Shown one piece after another: positions 61,096 through 64,000 of a stretch of 64,000 nucleotides of DNA. The position numbers and the translations under genes are program-made. The notes under the pieces are model-generated. The model was not told the DNA's origin, did no database searches, and saw only the letters and a list, made by a program, of their open reading frames with translations. Positions within the stretch are counted from its first letter, which is position 1. Each line of letters starts with the position of its first letter. The DNA comes from Camelus dromedarius (lineage: Eukaryota): the NCBI RefSeq assembly GCF_036321535.1, contig NC_087466.1, positions 13,578,001-13,642,000 of the forward strand, given 5' to 3'.

Positions 61096-61909
61096 CCAGA
61101 TTTTTAACAATATAAAATCAAATGCTTGGTTCTGAGTTCGAATCTTGCCCTGTACTTTATTTACTGTGTGACTTAGGCGCAGTGCTTAACTTCTCTGTTT
61201 CTCAGTGCCTCCTTTTGAAACAAGGCCAACCACAGCAGGCTGTTGTTAGAAACAACATTTGCTGACAGAGCCACAGCAATCCTGACGCTTTCACTGAAGT
61301 TGAGCTCCAGGGAGTGGTCCGCCCTAGCACTCTTTGGTAAACGAGGATGACTCAGCCTGGGAGGGAATCAAACCCTCCACCAAGAAACGCATATGGGAAT
61401 CACTGCCAAGCCTCCTCCCTTATTTTTTCGAAAAGAGACCAAAAATGTCGCAAGTTCATGGGTCATTCTCAAAACCGTCTAGCGAGGTTTGACCCTGACA
61501 GGCGGTGAAGCAGTATGGTTATTATGAACTTGGACCAGAAAGCCAGACTGAGTTCACATCCCAGCTCTGCTGCTGGCTAGCTGTGTGACCTTGAGCTTGT
61601 CATTTCATTCCTCCAAAAGGACTCAGTTTCCTCATCTGTGAAATGGGGATTATCACACCTGGAGGTCGTGGTGAGGATTAAATGAGCATGTAATCCACAC
61701 AAAGTGCTCAGTGTAGTGCCGGGCACAGAGGGCATGTACTCTTAATGCCACGAAGCCTCCGGCAAGGCTAGGTGGCTTTCCCAGAACTGCAGGTTGTTTT
61801 AACCTCTTCTGGTTTCCAAGCCCCAAAGCTCAGCTGTGGGGAAAGACCGCTGAGCCCACCCCGCTCTGCCTAGTGCTTCCCCGTCATGATGACCAAGGAG
61901 AGACTTCAC

Positions 61910-62084
61910 CTCCAGGATGTTGTATCGGGAGCTGTCACAGTAGTCGCGGACACCAATCTCTGTGCCCATGTACCAGCCGCTGAAGGGACAGGCGCTGAAC
62001 TCCAGGCCACCGATCTCCAGAAGCATGTTGGACACAGCAGGGAGGCCGTACCACTTCAGCCCAAGGTCCTTGAACCACTCAAGC
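61910..62084 (-). CDS. NOS1: NOS1 exon 10 (175 nt): (K)[58 protein letters not shown]
   Basis: Substrate-binding GWYMGTEIG motif. Canonical splice sites. Confidence 0.98.
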
Positions 62085-62801
62085 CTGCGGAGAGCAACAC
62101 AGCCCAGCTCACCATGGGGCAGGAGCCTCAGGGGAAGACGTGGGGGCAGAATATCCTTAGTCTGGGGATGCTCAAATGTCAGCATCTGAGAGGGACTTAC
62201 TGTGTCAGAACCCAGGGGCTCACTTCGGACCTGTGAGATCACGGCTCCCACAGCTGGGACCTGAGAATATGCACTTTAACATATTTCCCAGGTGATCTGG
62301 AGGGACACCAAGGGCTGGGAACCACTGCCCTGGGCTGCTGTTTATCCCTCAAACCCACCCTGAAGGTGAATCCAGGAGAAAGTAAATATTGCTGCCATTC
62401 CTCCTGACCTCAGGACATTTGCACAGCAGTTCCTTTCTCCTTGGGATCTTCTTTTTCCTTCTGTGCCCATCCAGCTCTCACTCACATTTTCATTCCCAGT
62501 TATAATGCTGCTTCCTCTAGGAAGCCTTCCCTGATGCCCAGTCTCGGTTGGGTCAGGCAGCTTTATGCCTCTAGGCACTATACAATTTATTTTACAGCAC
62601 TTTATTGGAATTAAGTGGTTCTTTGGGTAATTGATCTCCTCCTTGAGATTGAAAAGCACTGTGGAGGCAGGGACCAAGTCAGCAACAAAAACTAGAACAA
62701 CTCCTGGCCCAGAGAGGAAATAATAAACAGTACTGAATGAGCAGACGAATGAATGAACCAACGAAGGCCAAGTTTCACCAGGGAGAGACTTGCTCCTTCT
62801 C

Positions 62802-63063
62802 CAGGGCTGGGACTAGGGTAAGGCAAGAAAGTCACTAGCCTTGGGTGAAAAATTTAAGGGGGGAACCAACAAACCCAGTAATCAAGATCAACACTATTAT
62901 TTATTTATTCACACAATACTCAAAATTAATTTAATGTTTTTAGAAAAATCAAAAAAAGTCCAGGACAAACAAAATACCAAAACTTGAAATAAAGACAGGA
63001 TCCCACCTTGCACTTGAATGACCCACCTCCTCACTTGCTTCCTTCCCCCTAATCTTGGCCCTG
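62802..63063. mobile_element. TIR-bounded hAT-like MITE
   Basis: cagggctgggactagggtaaggcaag ... cttgcttccttccccctaatcttggccctg (imperfect inverted ends). Family not certain. Confidence 0.5.
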
Positions 63064-63643
63064 AACTGGATCTGGTCTTTAAAATTTTGATATATTATGC
63101 ATCATGGATTAAAAAAGTTAATGTTGATTTTTTTTATAATATTACATTGAAATACTATTTGTCTTGATGATTGAGTTTTTTGGGTGCTTCCCCATCAATT
63201 TTGGCCCCGAGGCCAGGGTCTCCCTGTGGATTTCCTTCATTCCCACAGTGTACATTCTGTTTGCGCTGCTGGACCCCGCCCTCAAAGCCCCATCCCGGCT
63301 CCAAATTCCTTTTGAACTTGACCCATATCAAGTCACGTGGCATCTAAAATGGTGCTTCGGCTCTTCCAGTACTCGGGCCTAGGAAAACGGCAGGTCCTGG
63401 CTAATTGCTCAGGAGTGGGGTGAGGAGGGGGAGTTGGATTCAGAAAAGATGGTGGTCCCCAGGCTGGTGAAGGTGGAGTTATTCATTCTTGAGGACAGAA
63501 TAGGAACCCACAGTGAGGATAAGAACTGAGACCCCCTTTTCAGCCTCTGGGCTGGAGAGAGAGCCAGGGGGTCCAGAGTTGGGCAGGGAGGGGCTCTGGG
63601 TAAACCCACTCACCCTTACCCACCCCACGCAGGTCCCTCTTAC

Positions 63644-63783
63644 TTGGGGTGCCTGATGGGCACTTCCAACACCAGCTCTGGAGGGATCTGGAAGAGCTCC
63701 GGGTCGTTGCCATTGGCCTGGAGCAGGAGTGGCAGGACATCGAAGCGGCTCCTTGGGGGTTTCCAGCCCTGCTGTATGCAGAT
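63644..63783 (-). CDS. NOS1: NOS1 exon 9 (140 nt): [46 protein letters not shown](K)
   Basis: Hand translation matches the nNOS oxygenase domain. Acceptor AG at 63784-63785, donor GT at 63642-63643. Confidence 0.97.
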
Positions 63784-64000
63784 CTGCAACCAGACCGGCC
63801 AGGTCAGGCCCCCGTGCATGCTTCAGGCCCTCCAGACGCAACAGCAGTGGGGGAGGGGCAGAGGGCCCAGTGCAAACCCGCCAGCAGCCCCTTCCTCTCT
63901 CTGGAGGCAGTGGGCTACGCCACCTCCCTTATGAAGTCCTCCCTGATATCATCAGGTTATTCGTGGTCCCTCGGGACAGCAGGGAAACCAATCCTCCAGC

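Overview
Mammalian genomic DNA, most likely from a camelid: it carries three copies of a tRNA-derived SINE that I recognise as the camelid Vic-1 type. Two protein-coding genes lie in tandem on the minus strand, in the same order as on human chr12q24. From about 18.6 kb to the window end lies the 3' two-thirds of NOS1 (neuronal nitric oxide synthase): exons 9-29 in human numbering, all with canonical AG/GT boundaries and the expected lengths and phases, plus an intact 102-nt nNOS-mu alternative exon between exons 16 and 17 and a 3' UTR of about 5.7 kb. From about 7.5 kb back to the window start lie the CpG-island promoter and exons 1-3 of FBXO21. The roughly 11-kb intergenic spacer is packed with LTR, L1, L2 and MIR elements. 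Seven N-blocks of 132-236 nt hide parts of three exons. No prokaryote-type system, CRISPR array or clearly new gene is present, and nearly all ORF-track entries not overlapping these exons are spurious. The most interesting unexplained structure is around the mu exon: a cluster of RBFOX/UG motifs just after its donor, an in-frame stop embedded in that donor, and a well-formed intronic polyadenylation signal about 770 nt downstream. Together these could yield a truncated nNOS isoform (hypothesis only). Repeat family names and human/rodent comparisons come from recall, not database searches, and repeat boundaries are approximate unless a TSD or TIR is given.
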